Assembly: GCA_046726415.1 (NCBI GenBank)
Contig: JBKPAK010000189.1
Span: 1,154-65,153 of the forward strand
From: Candidatus Methylomirabilota bacterium
Lineage (GTDB): Bacteria; Methylomirabilota; Methylomirabilia; Rokubacteriales; CSP1-6
DNA: 64,000 bases
Reading direction: 5' to 3'
Part shown: positions 38,005-47,312 of the stretch, one piece after another
Layout of the letters: each line of letters starts with the position of its first letter
How positions within the stretch are numbered: the first letter of the stretch is position 1
Translations under genes and position numbers: made by a program
Notes under the pieces: model-generated
Databases searched by the model: none
Told to the model about the DNA's origin: nothing
Seen by the model: the letters and a program-made list of their open reading frames with translations, nothing else

Positions 38005-38994
38005 ATGGCCAGGCTGAAGATCGGCTTCATTCCTACGGAAGGTGGTCACTACTACCGCGAGGCGCTGGATGAGGTCACGCGGGCCGAGGAGCTGGGCTTC
38101 GACTCCGTGTGGATGGAGGAGCACCACGCCGTCACCAATCATTACTGGCCATCTCCGCTCACTGTCCTCGCCGGCTTTGCCACGCGCACGTCGCGCGTGG
38201 TGCTGGGCACGGACATCGCCGTAGCGCCGTTTCATCATCCCGTGCGACTGGCCGAGGACGTGGCCATGCTCGACGTGATGTCGAACGGGCGCACCATCCT
38301 CGGCATCGCCATCGGCTACAAGCCGGACGAGTTCACCCTGTACGGTGTGGACCTCGAGAAACGCGGGGCACGCTTCGAAGAACAGCTCGCGATCATGAAA
38401 GGGCTCTGGACCCAGGATCGGCTCGCCTTCCGTGGCTCGTACTACAGGGTCGACGGGCGACTCGAGCCGAAACCGGTCGCCAAACCCCATCCTCCCATCT
38501 GGATCGGGGGCTGGGGGGAGCTGACCTTGCGGCGCGCGGCGACCCTGGCCGACAACTGGATTCCGGGCCCGACCGCCGATCTGCAACGCCTGCAGGCGGG
38601 CAAGCGCGCCTTCATCGAACATCGCCGCGCAGCGGGACGAACGGAACCCATTGGGGAGTGGCCCCTCACGCGCGACGTGATCATCGCCGACACCGACGCG
38701 AAGGCGCGGGAGCTCGCGGAGCAACACATCATGGTCGCCTACCGCAAGGAGTACGCCGGCGGCTGGCGGCATCCGTTCATCGACGCGAGCATTGCCACGG
38801 ACCTCGACAAGCTCATGGAAGACCGTTTCATCATCGGCGGACCCGAACAGTGCATCGCCCGAATCCGGCGATTCGTCGAGCACTACGGGATGACGCACCT
38901 CATCTGCCGCACGTTCTTTCCGGGAATGCCGCATGAGCACATCATGCGCGAGTTGGAACTGCTGGCCCACGAGGTCGTACCAGCCTTCAAATAG
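38005..38994 (+). CDS. LLM-class (luciferase-like) flavin-dependent oxidoreductase.
   Basis: MARLKIGFIPTEGGHYYREALDEVTRAEELGFDSVWMEEHH is the canonical LLM N-terminus. Start at M95 of the track ORF. Confidence 0.75.
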   Translation: MARLKIGFIPTEGGHYYREALDEVTRAEELGFDSVWMEEHHAVTNHYWPSPLTVLAGFATRTSRVVLGTDIAVAPFHHPVRLAEDVAMLDVMSNGRTILGIAIGYKPDEFTLYGVDLEKRGARFEEQLAIMKGLWTQDRLAFRGSYYRVDGRLEPKPVAKPHPPIWIGGWGELTLRRAATLADNWIPGPTADLQRLQAGKRAFIEHRRAAGRTEPIGEWPLTRDVIIADTDAKARELAEQHIMVAYRKEYAGGWRHPFIDASIATDLDKLMEDRFIIGGPEQCIARIRRFVEHYGMTHLICRTFFPGMPHEHIMRELELLAHEVVPAFK

Positions 38995-39032
38995 GTCCTA
39001 CCAAAACTCCTAACTATCTGATATACTTCGGT

Positions 39033-40115
39033 TTGCGCCTCAACGATGACGCGCGAAAGGGGTGCTCACCGATCGCAAACGGCACGTATCGGGTCGATCG
39101 TTCCTACGCTTGGAACTACGCGCATTCGCCGTCTCTTCCCCGCGTGCGCCGGCTTCCGGGTGGCCCCGGAGGCCACCTCTTCGAGTACCGGCTGAACTCC
39201 AACCTGGGGGTGTCGGCCGGCCCGCTTCTCAATTCGAAGTGGGTGGAGGGCTATGCGCGGCTGGGCTTCGATATCCTGACCTACAACACCGTTCGATCTA
39301 CCTTCTGGCCGGCGTACAACTTGCCCAATATCCGCCACGTCGAGAACCGCGAGCAGGTGGCCGTCACCTCTCGCCGCCCCCTGCACGCCGCCCATCCGAC
39401 GCTCGCCGTCTCGCTCGGCAATCCCTCTTCGGAGCCCGACGTCTGGCGGAAAGACGTTCGGCGGGCCAGGGAGCGCATGGGGCGGGGGCAGGTCCTCATC
39501 GTCAGTGTCATCGGCACGCCGACGCCCGGGGGAGATGCGGAAGCCTTCGTGACCGACTACGGGCGGTGCGCGGCGTGGGCGGCGGAGGCCGGGGCGGACA
39601 TTGTCGAGGTGCACCTCGCCACGCCGGACCCCTTCGCCGAGCAAGCCCAGATGGTGTTCGAAAATTTCCTGCTGTCCGCGCAGATCCTGCACCGGGTGCG
39701 GACGACCATCTCGGTACCTGTGCTGGCCAAGCTCGGGGCCTTTCGGACCCCGCGAGCTCTCCACGAGACGGCGACCAAGCTGGCTCCGTGGGCGCACGGC
39801 TTCGTGCTGGTGTCGGGGATCCAGCGGCGCATCATCGACGAAGAGGGCAACGCCGCCTTCGATGGCCGCGATCGCGCTGACGTGGTCGGTGCCGACATGT
39901 TCGCGGTCTGTTCGCGGCAGGTTTCTGAGATGTTGGCGTGGCGCAAAGCCGGCGCCTGGGAACGGGCGGTGCTGGCCGTCGGGGGGATCACCACCGTCGA
40001 GCGCGTCGACGCGATGCTGCGCGGAGGCGCCGACGCTGTGCTGGTGGCCACCGCCGCGCTCTACGATCCGCTGTTCGCGACGCGCTTCCGCCAGTCGCGC
40101 GCCTCCGCCGCCTGA
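39033..40115 (+). CDS. Dihydroorotate / dihydropyrimidine dehydrogenase-family TIM-barrel flavoprotein (class-1 DHOD-like) with an N-terminal extension of about 40 aa.
   Basis: LNSNLGVSAGPLLNSKWVEGYARLGFDILTYNTVRS and the later VLAKLGAFRT...GADAVLVATAALYDP pattern match DHOD-family barrels. Confidence 0.65.
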   Translation: MRLNDDARKGCSPIANGTYRVDRSYAWNYAHSPSLPRVRRLPGGPGGHLFEYRLNSNLGVSAGPLLNSKWVEGYARLGFDILTYNTVRSTFWPAYNLPNIRHVENREQVAVTSRRPLHAAHPTLAVSLGNPSSEPDVWRKDVRRARERMGRGQVLIVSVIGTPTPGGDAEAFVTDYGRCAAWAAEAGADIVEVHLATPDPFAEQAQMVFENFLLSAQILHRVRTTISVPVLAKLGAFRTPRALHETATKLAPWAHGFVLVSGIQRRIIDEEGNAAFDGRDRADVVGADMFAVCSRQVSEMLAWRKAGAWERAVLAVGGITTVERVDAMLRGGADAVLVATAALYDPLFATRFRQSRASAA

Positions 40116-40259
40116 CGGCGTCGCGCGCTCTCGCTGCCTGAGACCCTGGAGGCCTCGAAGGAGCCCGTTAAGCCTCACCGTTGGGACGACCCGGGCCAGC
40201 GTTAGCGCAGCGACGCGGGCCAGGCAGACGGTCTGAAGCCCTATGCTAGGCTACGGCCG

Positions 40260-41255
40260 ATGCGGTGGGTCCTCGTGGTCGGGTTCGAGCACGCCGCGGA
40301 CTTCGGACTCGACGTTCGCGACGAGCTGACGGCCATGGGCCACGACGTGCGCACCTTCGCGTATCGGCGCGCCAATGTTCTCTACAAAAACCGAAGCACC
40401 AAGGCCGCCTACCAGCTCTTCATCCTGCGCCGGCTGGAGCGGCTGTGCGCGACCTGGCGCCCGCACCTCGTGCTCGTGCTGAAGGGAAGCCCCATCACGC
40501 CAGGACTGATCCGCCGCGTGAAAACCCGCGCCGACACCCTCTTCCTCAACCTCTTTCCCGACAACCCGCTGTGGATGATGCCCTTCGAGCACATCGAAGC
40601 TTACGACGTCTTCTTCACCAAGGACCGCTACGCCATGCGCGCGCTCCAGCTGGTGGGACTGCGAAACCTCTACTATCTGCCCCTCTACTGCGTGCCGGCG
40701 TTCCAGCATCCGGTGGCGCTGACCCCCGAGGAGGCCTCCGGGCTTGGCGGCGTGGCCGCGCTGGTGGGGAGGCACTATCCCTTCCGGGAGCGCTTCGTGC
40801 GAGAGCTGGCGGACTATCCGCTGCGCGTCTGGGGACCTGGCTGGGAGCGCGTGACCGACCCGCGCGTCCGCGCGCGCGTGGCGGGGGCGGGCGTGTGGGG
40901 AGAGGCCAAGCTGAAGATCTACTCGGGTGCGCCGCTCTCGGTCAACCTGCATCATCCGATGAACGACGTGGTCGGGGTGAACATCCGGACGTTCGAGCTG
41001 GCCGCGGCGGGGGCCTGTCAGGTCGTCGATCTGAAGGAGGATCTGGGGGCTCTGTTCAAGCCCGGCGACGAAGTCGTGGCCTTTCGGGACCTGGCCGATT
41101 TGAGGCGCCAGCTCGACTATTACCTGACGCACCCCGAGGAGGCGCGCGCCATCGGCGAGAATGCGCGCCGACGGGCCCTCGCCGAGCACACCCTGCAACA
41201 TCGCCTCGAGGAAGTCGTCTTCGCCGTCGAGGAGCGATTCGGCCGGCGGTCATGA
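40260..41255 (+). CDS. CgeB-like glycosyltransferase (DUF3880 / Glyco_trans_1_2).
   Basis: MRWVLVVGFEHAADFGLDVRDELTAMGHDVRTFAYR...NIRTFELAAAGACQVVD is a CgeB-family pattern. Its stop overlaps the thrC start (ATGA). Confidence 0.6.
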   Translation: MRWVLVVGFEHAADFGLDVRDELTAMGHDVRTFAYRRANVLYKNRSTKAAYQLFILRRLERLCATWRPHLVLVLKGSPITPGLIRRVKTRADTLFLNLFPDNPLWMMPFEHIEAYDVFFTKDRYAMRALQLVGLRNLYYLPLYCVPAFQHPVALTPEEASGLGGVAALVGRHYPFRERFVRELADYPLRVWGPGWERVTDPRVRARVAGAGVWGEAKLKIYSGAPLSVNLHHPMNDVVGVNIRTFELAAAGACQVVDLKEDLGALFKPGDEVVAFRDLADLRRQLDYYLTHPEEARAIGENARRRALAEHTLQHRLEEVVFAVEERFGRRS

Positions 41256-42490
41256 CCGAATCCCTGGCGCAGGTTTTGGGCTGCATCGACTGTGGCGCCA
41301 CCTTTCCCCTCACCTATCGGCTGCAATGCGCGCGATGCCGCGGCCTGCTCGAAGTGCGTTACGACCTCGACGTGATGCGTCGCGGTGGCCCGGCGCTGCT
41401 GAGCGGCCGGGGACTCTGGCGCTACGCGATCGCCCTGCCCGTGCCCGATCCAGCCCATCGCGTGACCTTGGGTGAGGGCCAAACCCCCTACCTCGAGTGC
41501 CCGCGATTGGCCGGCGAGTTGGGCGTGCGCAGCCTGGCCGTGAAATTCGACGGCGCGAATCCCACGGGCAGCGTGAAGGACCGAACCTCGGCGACGGCCG
41601 TCGGCGCCGCCCGCCAGTTCGGCTTTCACGCCATCTCGGTGGTCAGCACGGGCAATGCCGGTTCGTCCATCGCGGCCTACGCCGCCCGCGCAGGATTGCG
41701 CGCGTTCGTGTTCGCTTCCGAGCGGGCCTCCGCGCCCAAGCTCCTCCACATGGCCGCGACGACATCCGACCTCATCCTATACGCCGGGGGGTACGACGAT
41801 CTCATCGGCCACTGGGACCGCCTGGTTGACGATGGCTTGTTTTTCGATGGTGGCGCCTCACGCAACCCCTACAAGCACGAGGGGAAGAAAACTCTCGCCT
41901 ACGAGATTGCCGAGCAGAGCGGATGGACGCCGCCAGACGCGATCGTCGCTCCAGTCGCAGTGGGAGAGACGTTCATCGCCACCGCGCGCGGCTTCCAGGA
42001 GCTCGCGGCCGCGGGTTGGATCGCCCGCTGCCCTCTGCTGATCGCCGCTCAGGCCACGCGCGCCAACGCCATCAGCCGGGCTCACACCGCCCGCGCGCCG
42101 CTGACACCGATGGCGATCACTCACACCGTCGCGGAGGGCCTTGCCGCGGGCAATCCTGGCCGCAAGGGCGAGTGGGTCCTGCGCCTCCTGCGCGAGGGCG
42201 ATGGCCTCGCCGCGGATGTGGAGGATGACGAGATCCTGGCCGCCCAGCGGCGCCTGGCCCGCAGCGAAGGCCTCTGGGCGGGTCCCACGGGCGTGGCACC
42301 GCTGGCCGTACTGATCAAGCTGCTGGCCGAGCGCCGTGTCGATCCCGACCAGCGCTTCGGGGTTCTCGTCACGGAGACCGGGCTCAAGACCGAAGCGGCC
42401 CTCCCGGCTCGCCAGGGCGTGGTCCACGACTACCAGTCGCTGCGTCGCCTCGTCGAGGAGCGACTGGCCGAGTGCGCTGGCCGCATCTGA
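41252..42490 (+). CDS. thrC: Threonine synthase (PLP-dependent, short form).
   Basis: FDGANPTGSVKDRTSATAV contains the PLP-lysine motif, and there is an N-terminal Cys-rich segment. Start at MTESLAQVLG. Confidence 0.8.
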   Translation: MTESLAQVLGCIDCGATFPLTYRLQCARCRGLLEVRYDLDVMRRGGPALLSGRGLWRYAIALPVPDPAHRVTLGEGQTPYLECPRLAGELGVRSLAVKFDGANPTGSVKDRTSATAVGAARQFGFHAISVVSTGNAGSSIAAYAARAGLRAFVFASERASAPKLLHMAATTSDLILYAGGYDDLIGHWDRLVDDGLFFDGGASRNPYKHEGKKTLAYEIAEQSGWTPPDAIVAPVAVGETFIATARGFQELAAAGWIARCPLLIAAQATRANAISRAHTARAPLTPMAITHTVAEGLAAGNPGRKGEWVLRLLREGDGLAADVEDDEILAAQRRLARSEGLWAGPTGVAPLAVLIKLLAERRVDPDQRFGVLVTETGLKTEAALPARQGVVHDYQSLRRLVEERLAECAGRI

Positions 42491-42494
42491 CCGC

Positions 42495-43112
42495 GTGCCG
42501 CTGAGCCGAGCGTTCTACGAGAGGCCGGCCCGGGTCGTCGCCCGCGATCTCCTCGGCTGCGTGCTCGTCTCGCGCCACGGGGGAGTGATCACTTCGGGGC
42601 GCATCGTGGAAACCGAGGCGTACCTTGGTCCCGAAGACGCGGCATCGCACGCGGCGTTTCGCCCTGGTAGTCGGGCGCTCTTCTATGGCGCAGGCGGTAT
42701 CGCGTATGTGTACCAGGCCTATGGCATGCACTGCTGCCTGAACGCGATCTCCGGCCCGGTCGGACTCGCGGGGTGCGTGCTCATCCGCGCCCTGGAGCCG
42801 CTGGAGGGCGCCGACGTGATGGCTCGGCGGCGTGGCGTCCCCACCGACTCGCCCCGGCTCGCCAGCGGCCCTGGCAACCTCACGCGGGCCCTGGCCATCA
42901 CGGTGGGCGACACAGGCGTGGATCTCACCGTCGGTCCACTCACCATCGGACCGGCTCTCGCTGACCGACGCCCGCGGATCGCCAGGGGCCCCCGCGTCGG
43001 TATCACGCGCGACACCGCGCGGATTCTGCGCTTCTGGATCGCCGCCAGCCCCTGCGTCTCGCGGGGCGCGGCGACAAAGCCGCGAATGTCCTCGGATCTG
43101 GGTCTCCCGTAG
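42495..43112 (+). CDS. DNA-3-methyladenine glycosylase (AAG/Mpg family).
   Basis: GTG start 5 nt after the thrC stop. ARDLLGCVLV...GRIVETEAYLGPEDAASHA...GIAYVYQAYGMHCCLN matches the Mpg family. Confidence 0.8.
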   Translation: MPLSRAFYERPARVVARDLLGCVLVSRHGGVITSGRIVETEAYLGPEDAASHAAFRPGSRALFYGAGGIAYVYQAYGMHCCLNAISGPVGLAGCVLIRALEPLEGADVMARRRGVPTDSPRLASGPGNLTRALAITVGDTGVDLTVGPLTIGPALADRRPRIARGPRVGITRDTARILRFWIAASPCVSRGAATKPRMSSDLGLP

Positions 43113-43219
43113 GAGGGAATCGGAACCATGCGAACAACATCTCGATTTTGCTCACCATTTTGTTGACACTCTTCGAAACGCCTGCGTATCATGCTGGAAA
43201 CGCCAACTGAGGAGCGAGC

Positions 43220-43945
43220 GTGCCCACCGAAAACCTAAGCTCCAGCGTCCTGGAACTTCTGCTCACCGCCGGGCCCGTCGCCAAGGCCGTTCTGATCATT
43301 CTGCTCATCTTCTCCATCGTGAGCTGGGCGCTCATCGTCGAGAAGTGGTGGCAATTCCGGCGGGTGCGCCGGCAGAGTGTCGCTTTCCTCAGGGTATTCC
43401 GGGAAGGACGCCGATCTTCAGCGCTGGTGGGTGCCTCACGCAAGCTGCGGGATAGCCCCCTGGCGAACCTCTATCTGGCCGGATACCATGAAGTCGCGGG
43501 AATCTCGGAGATCGCCGACCGTGTACTGGACGAAGCGGATGAGGGGCTTCCCCCCGATCGCCTCGACGCCGTCCACCGGGCTTTGCGGCGCACCGCCGGA
43601 CAAGAGGTTTCCCGGCTCGAGCGCTACCTCCCCTTCCTGGCCACCACGGCCAGCGCCGCGCCTTTCATCGGCCTGTTCGGGACGGTGTGGGGGGTCATCA
43701 CGGCGTTCCACGGGATCGGCCAGCAGGGTTCGGCGAGCCTCGCCGTGGTCGCGCCAGGCATTTCCGAAGCCCTCATCGCCACGGCAGCGGGACTGGGTGC
43801 GGCCATCCCGGCCGTGATGGGGTACAACTATTTCGTGAACCGCGTTCGCCACTGGGCCACGGAGATGGATGGCTTCATGTTCGACTTGCTCAACCTGTTG
43901 AGCCGCCCCGCCCCGCGGGTGGCGCGGCCGGCGAAGGATGTTTAA
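43220..43945 (+). CDS. tolQ: TolQ (MotA/TolQ/ExbB proton-channel family).
   Basis: GTG start preceded by ggag. Three TM helices in the typical arrangement. Leads a tolQRAB-pal-cpoB array. Confidence 0.85.
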   Translation: MPTENLSSSVLELLLTAGPVAKAVLIILLIFSIVSWALIVEKWWQFRRVRRQSVAFLRVFREGRRSSALVGASRKLRDSPLANLYLAGYHEVAGISEIADRVLDEADEGLPPDRLDAVHRALRRTAGQEVSRLERYLPFLATTASAAPFIGLFGTVWGVITAFHGIGQQGSASLAVVAPGISEALIATAAGLGAAIPAVMGYNYFVNRVRHWATEMDGFMFDLLNLLSRPAPRVARPAKDV

Positions 43946-44366
43946 GCTAGAGACGTCCGAAGGAGTACGCAGTCGCACCAGCTCCGCGCTGGCCGAGATC
44001 AACATCATCCCGTTTGTCGACGTCGTGCTCGTGCTGCTCCTGATCTTCATGCTCACCGCGCCCATGATGTATCGCGGAATCGATGTGAACCTGCCCAAGG
44101 CGTCGGCCAAGCCCACGGCCGTTGAAGAGCGGATGGTCCTGACCGTGACCAAGGATCGGACGCTCTACCTCAATGACAAGCCGGTCCCGGTCGCGTCACT
44201 GGACACCCAGCTGGCGGCCGTGTTTCGCGATCGAAAGGACAAGACGCTCTACCTCAAGGCCGATTCCGGCTTGTCGTACGGCACCGTGGTCGAAACGATG
44301 GACCGCGTGCGTCGCGCGGGCATCGAGCGGCTCGGGATGGTGACGGAGCCAGTTCGTCCGCAATGA
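43938..44366 (+). CDS. tolR: TolR (ExbD/TolR family).
   Basis: INIIPFVDVVLVLLLIFM N-terminal TM helix. Its start overlaps the tolQ end. Confidence 0.85.
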   Translation: MFKLETSEGVRSRTSSALAEINIIPFVDVVLVLLLIFMLTAPMMYRGIDVNLPKASAKPTAVEERMVLTVTKDRTLYLNDKPVPVASLDTQLAAVFRDRKDKTLYLKADSGLSYGTVVETMDRVRRAGIERLGMVTEPVRPQ

Positions 44367-44376
44367 TGCGGCGCCG

Positions 44377-45291
44377 TTGATGGCTGCCACCGTCACCCTC
44401 AGGATGCGTCCCCGACCGGCGAGCGGGCCCGCCGTACGTCGCTATCCGCTCCCGGTGAGAAGTCTCCTCCTGTCGTCGTGCGTCCATGCGATCGTTCTCG
44501 GCGCCATCATTGGAGTCGCCCTGCTGTGGCGTCCCGAGCCGACGCGGACCTACTTCGTGAATCTCGCGCCCTCGGTTCCGGCTCTCGGGAGTCCGGTGGG
44601 AAAGCCGACGACACCGACGACCGCGCCACCGGCGCCTCGGGTCGAGGAGCCTCCGAAGCCGACGAAGTCCGCCGCGCCCGAATTGCCGGTCCGGGACGTC
44701 GCGCCAAAGCCGATCCGCCCCGCGGCCCCCCCGGATCTGCCGGCCCGCCCGGCCACGCCTCCGGCGCTGCCCGCGCGCACCGCCACCAAGCTCCCGGAGA
44801 TGCCCACGCGCGAGGTTCCGCGCGACACTCCAAAATCCGGTCAGAAGGAATTGCCTTCCCTGTCGACGCCAGCCCCACCGACCTCGACGGCGTCGAAGCC
44901 CAGTCCCGCGCCGGCCGCGAGCGAAGCGGCTCCTGCCCCTCCCCCAGCTGCGCTCGGCCGACCCACCGGCGCGCCTCAGGGGGCCGGAACGATGGCGAGC
45001 GTAGAGGGAGACTTTCCTTTCCAATGGTACCTGACCGCCGTCCAGCGCAAGGTCTACGAGCAGTGGACTCAACCGCTGTCGAGCGCGCAGGGACAGCGGG
45101 CGATCATCGTATTCGAGATCGCGCGCAACGGCGAGGTCAGCCGCGCCCGCGTCGAGAAGACCTCCGGGGACGCCACCTACGATCTGGCGGCGCTTCGCGC
45201 CGTGGCCAATGCCAATCCTCTCCCACCGCTCCCTGCGGAATTCAAGGGCACCATGATCCGAGTGCATTTTGGGTTCGAATACAAAGGCTGA
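44377..45291 (+). CDS. tolA: TolA-like protein (Pro-rich spacer plus TonB/TolA C-terminal domain).
   Basis: N-terminal TM helix, a long Pro/Ala/Thr-rich region, and a C-terminal FPFQWYLTAVQRKVYEQW...RVHF TonB_C-like fold. Lies between tolR and tolB. Confidence 0.65.
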   Translation: MMAATVTLRMRPRPASGPAVRRYPLPVRSLLLSSCVHAIVLGAIIGVALLWRPEPTRTYFVNLAPSVPALGSPVGKPTTPTTAPPAPRVEEPPKPTKSAAPELPVRDVAPKPIRPAAPPDLPARPATPPALPARTATKLPEMPTREVPRDTPKSGQKELPSLSTPAPPTSTASKPSPAPAASEAAPAPPPAALGRPTGAPQGAGTMASVEGDFPFQWYLTAVQRKVYEQWTQPLSSAQGQRAIIVFEIARNGEVSRARVEKTSGDATYDLAALRAVANANPLPPLPAEFKGTMIRVHFGFEYKG

Positions 45292-45321
45292 GGCCGACGA
45301 GGCCTCTTTGAGGGGCTTATT

Positions 45322-46647
45322 GTGAAGATCCGTCGGGCCGCGCTCCTGCTCGCTCCCCTGTTCCTGGTGGCGCCGCTGCTGCTCGTCGCGAAGCTGCCGG
45401 CGCCGCACGCGCAAGGGGTCGATGTCTTCCTCAACGTCACGGGTGGTGGAGCGAAGAAGCTGAACATCGCCATTCCCGAGTTCACCCTGGTCAGCGGCAC
45501 GGACACCGGGGGGGCCGGCAAGGCGCTTGCCGGCGTGATCGGAGCGGACCTGAACTTCTCGGGTTTGTTTCAAGTGGTCAGTGCCACCGGTCCCGTCCCT
45601 CCCAACAATCCCGACGCGCTCCAGAAGCTGTGGAGCGACTTCGCCGCGGCCGGCGCCCATGCTGGGTTGCATGGACTCTTGACGGTCCGAGGGGACCGGC
45701 TCGACGTGGAAGCCAGACTCTACGACCTCACGTCGGCGGATCAGCGTCCGATCGCTGCGAAGAAGTTCGAGATGCCCGCCGCCCAGATGAGGCGACTCGC
45801 GCATCGCATTGCCGACGATGTGGTGCTCCAGTTCACCGGGCAGCGCGGAATTGCCGACACGAAGCTGGCGTTCACGCGCGTCGCCGGTAACGTCAAGGAG
45901 ATCTACGTCGCGGATTACGACGGAGCAGGGGCGAGCGCCGTAACCCAGAATCGTTCCGTGAATCTGAGCCCCGCGTGGAGCCCCGACGCCCGCTCGCTGG
46001 CCTTCACGTCGTTCTCCAAGGGCTATCCCGACCTCTACCGGATCTTCCCGTTCGAGCGGCGTCCGGAGCAGGTGCTGGCGGCCTTCGCCGGGATCAACAC
46101 GTCACCCGCATGGAGTCCCGACGGTCAGCATGTCGCCCTGACGCTGTCGAAGGATGGCAACCCCGAGATCTATCTTCTGACCCTCGCCACGGGAGCCTTC
46201 CGTCGGCTTACCCGCCATCCGGCCATCGACACCGAACCGACGTGGTCGCCCGACGGGCGACAGATCGCCTTCGTCTCCGATCGTTCCGGCGGACCGCGAA
46301 TCTACGCGATGGACCTCGATGGCGGCAACGTGCGCCCACTGACCGAGGGTGGGCATCACACGCAGCCGCGCTGGTCCCCGCGGGGAGACGTCGTCGCGTA
46401 CACGGCGCGCGAGGGGCGATTCAACATCTGGGCGGTCAATGCCGATGGCTCGAATGCGCGGCGCCTCACCGAGGGAGGCGACAATCAGAGTGCCAGCTGG
46501 TCCCCCGACGGCCGCCATCTCGCCTTCCAGACCAGCCGACTCGGCGGCTGGCAGATCTTTGCGATGTTCGCCGACGGTTCGGAACAGAATCTCCTCATCC
46601 GTGGCGGATCGGATACAAGTCCATCGTGGTCACCCAGGCTACCGTGA
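45322..46647 (+). CDS. tolB: TolB periplasmic beta-propeller protein.
   Basis: GTG start and signal peptide. Repeated SPAWSPDG / WSPDGR blades. Confidence 0.9.
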   Translation: MKIRRAALLLAPLFLVAPLLLVAKLPAPHAQGVDVFLNVTGGGAKKLNIAIPEFTLVSGTDTGGAGKALAGVIGADLNFSGLFQVVSATGPVPPNNPDALQKLWSDFAAAGAHAGLHGLLTVRGDRLDVEARLYDLTSADQRPIAAKKFEMPAAQMRRLAHRIADDVVLQFTGQRGIADTKLAFTRVAGNVKEIYVADYDGAGASAVTQNRSVNLSPAWSPDARSLAFTSFSKGYPDLYRIFPFERRPEQVLAAFAGINTSPAWSPDGQHVALTLSKDGNPEIYLLTLATGAFRRLTRHPAIDTEPTWSPDGRQIAFVSDRSGGPRIYAMDLDGGNVRPLTEGGHHTQPRWSPRGDVVAYTAREGRFNIWAVNADGSNARRLTEGGDNQSASWSPDGRHLAFQTSRLGGWQIFAMFADGSEQNLLIRGGSDTSPSWSPRLP

Positions 46648-46694
46648 TACGATCGATTTTGCTGCGACTATCGCGCACGTCACAAGGAGGCGAC

Positions 46695-47312
46695 ATGGTC
46701 ATCCGTGCGGTCAGTCTTCTGGGTGTTTCGCTCCTCGTCACGGCCACGGTGCTTGCCGGGTGCGCGAAGCGCCCCGCCATGACCCAGGCCTCCGCGCCGC
46801 CTCCGCCTGCGGCGGTGGTCGCCCCGAAGCCACCTCCCCCCACCGTGGTGCAAGAGACGGTCAGGGAGACGGTCGTCGCGACCCCCGCTCCGGAGCCGGC
46901 GACGCCACCAGCCACCGCCGCGCCCGCTACGCCCGCTCCCACTGTGCGGCCGTCGCCCAAAGAGTTCGCCGTCAACGCGAACGTCAAGGACATCTTCTTC
47001 GACTTCGACAAGTACAACATCAAGCCGGAGTTCGCGAAGGTCCTCGACGACAACGCGGGATGGCTGAAGGCGAACCCCGGGCAGCTCGTGCTGATCGAGG
47101 GGCATTGCGACGAGCGTGGCACGGTCGAGTACAACCTCGTGCTCGGCGAGCGGCGGGCGAAAGCCGCCATGAACTATCTGGTCGCCCAGGGCGTGCAGGC
47201 GAGCCGCTTCACCGTCATCAGTTACGGCAAGGAGCGTCCGTTCTGCACCGAACACAACGAAACATGCTGGTCTCAGAACCGGCGCGCCCACTTCCTCACC
47301 AAGGCGCAGTAG
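46695..47312 (+). CDS. pal: Peptidoglycan-associated lipoprotein Pal (OmpA-like domain).
   Basis: aggagg RBS, lipobox LAGC, and OmpA_C motif (NIKPEF...LIEGHCDERGTVEYNLVLGERRAKA). Start at M241 of track ORF 45975..47312. Confidence 0.9.
   Translation: MVIRAVSLLGVSLLVTATVLAGCAKRPAMTQASAPPPPAAVVAPKPPPPTVVQETVRETVVATPAPEPATPPATAAPATPAPTVRPSPKEFAVNANVKDIFFDFDKYNIKPEFAKVLDDNAGWLKANPGQLVLIEGHCDERGTVEYNLVLGERRAKAAMNYLVAQGVQASRFTVISYGKERPFCTEHNETCWSQNRRAHFLTKAQ

Noticed and set aside
43113-43219. Expected a ybgC thioesterase upstream of tolQ, as in many Tol-Pal operons.
   Set aside because: There is not enough room (107 bp). The only YbgC-like gene is at 57070..57495, in the ABC-transporter operon.
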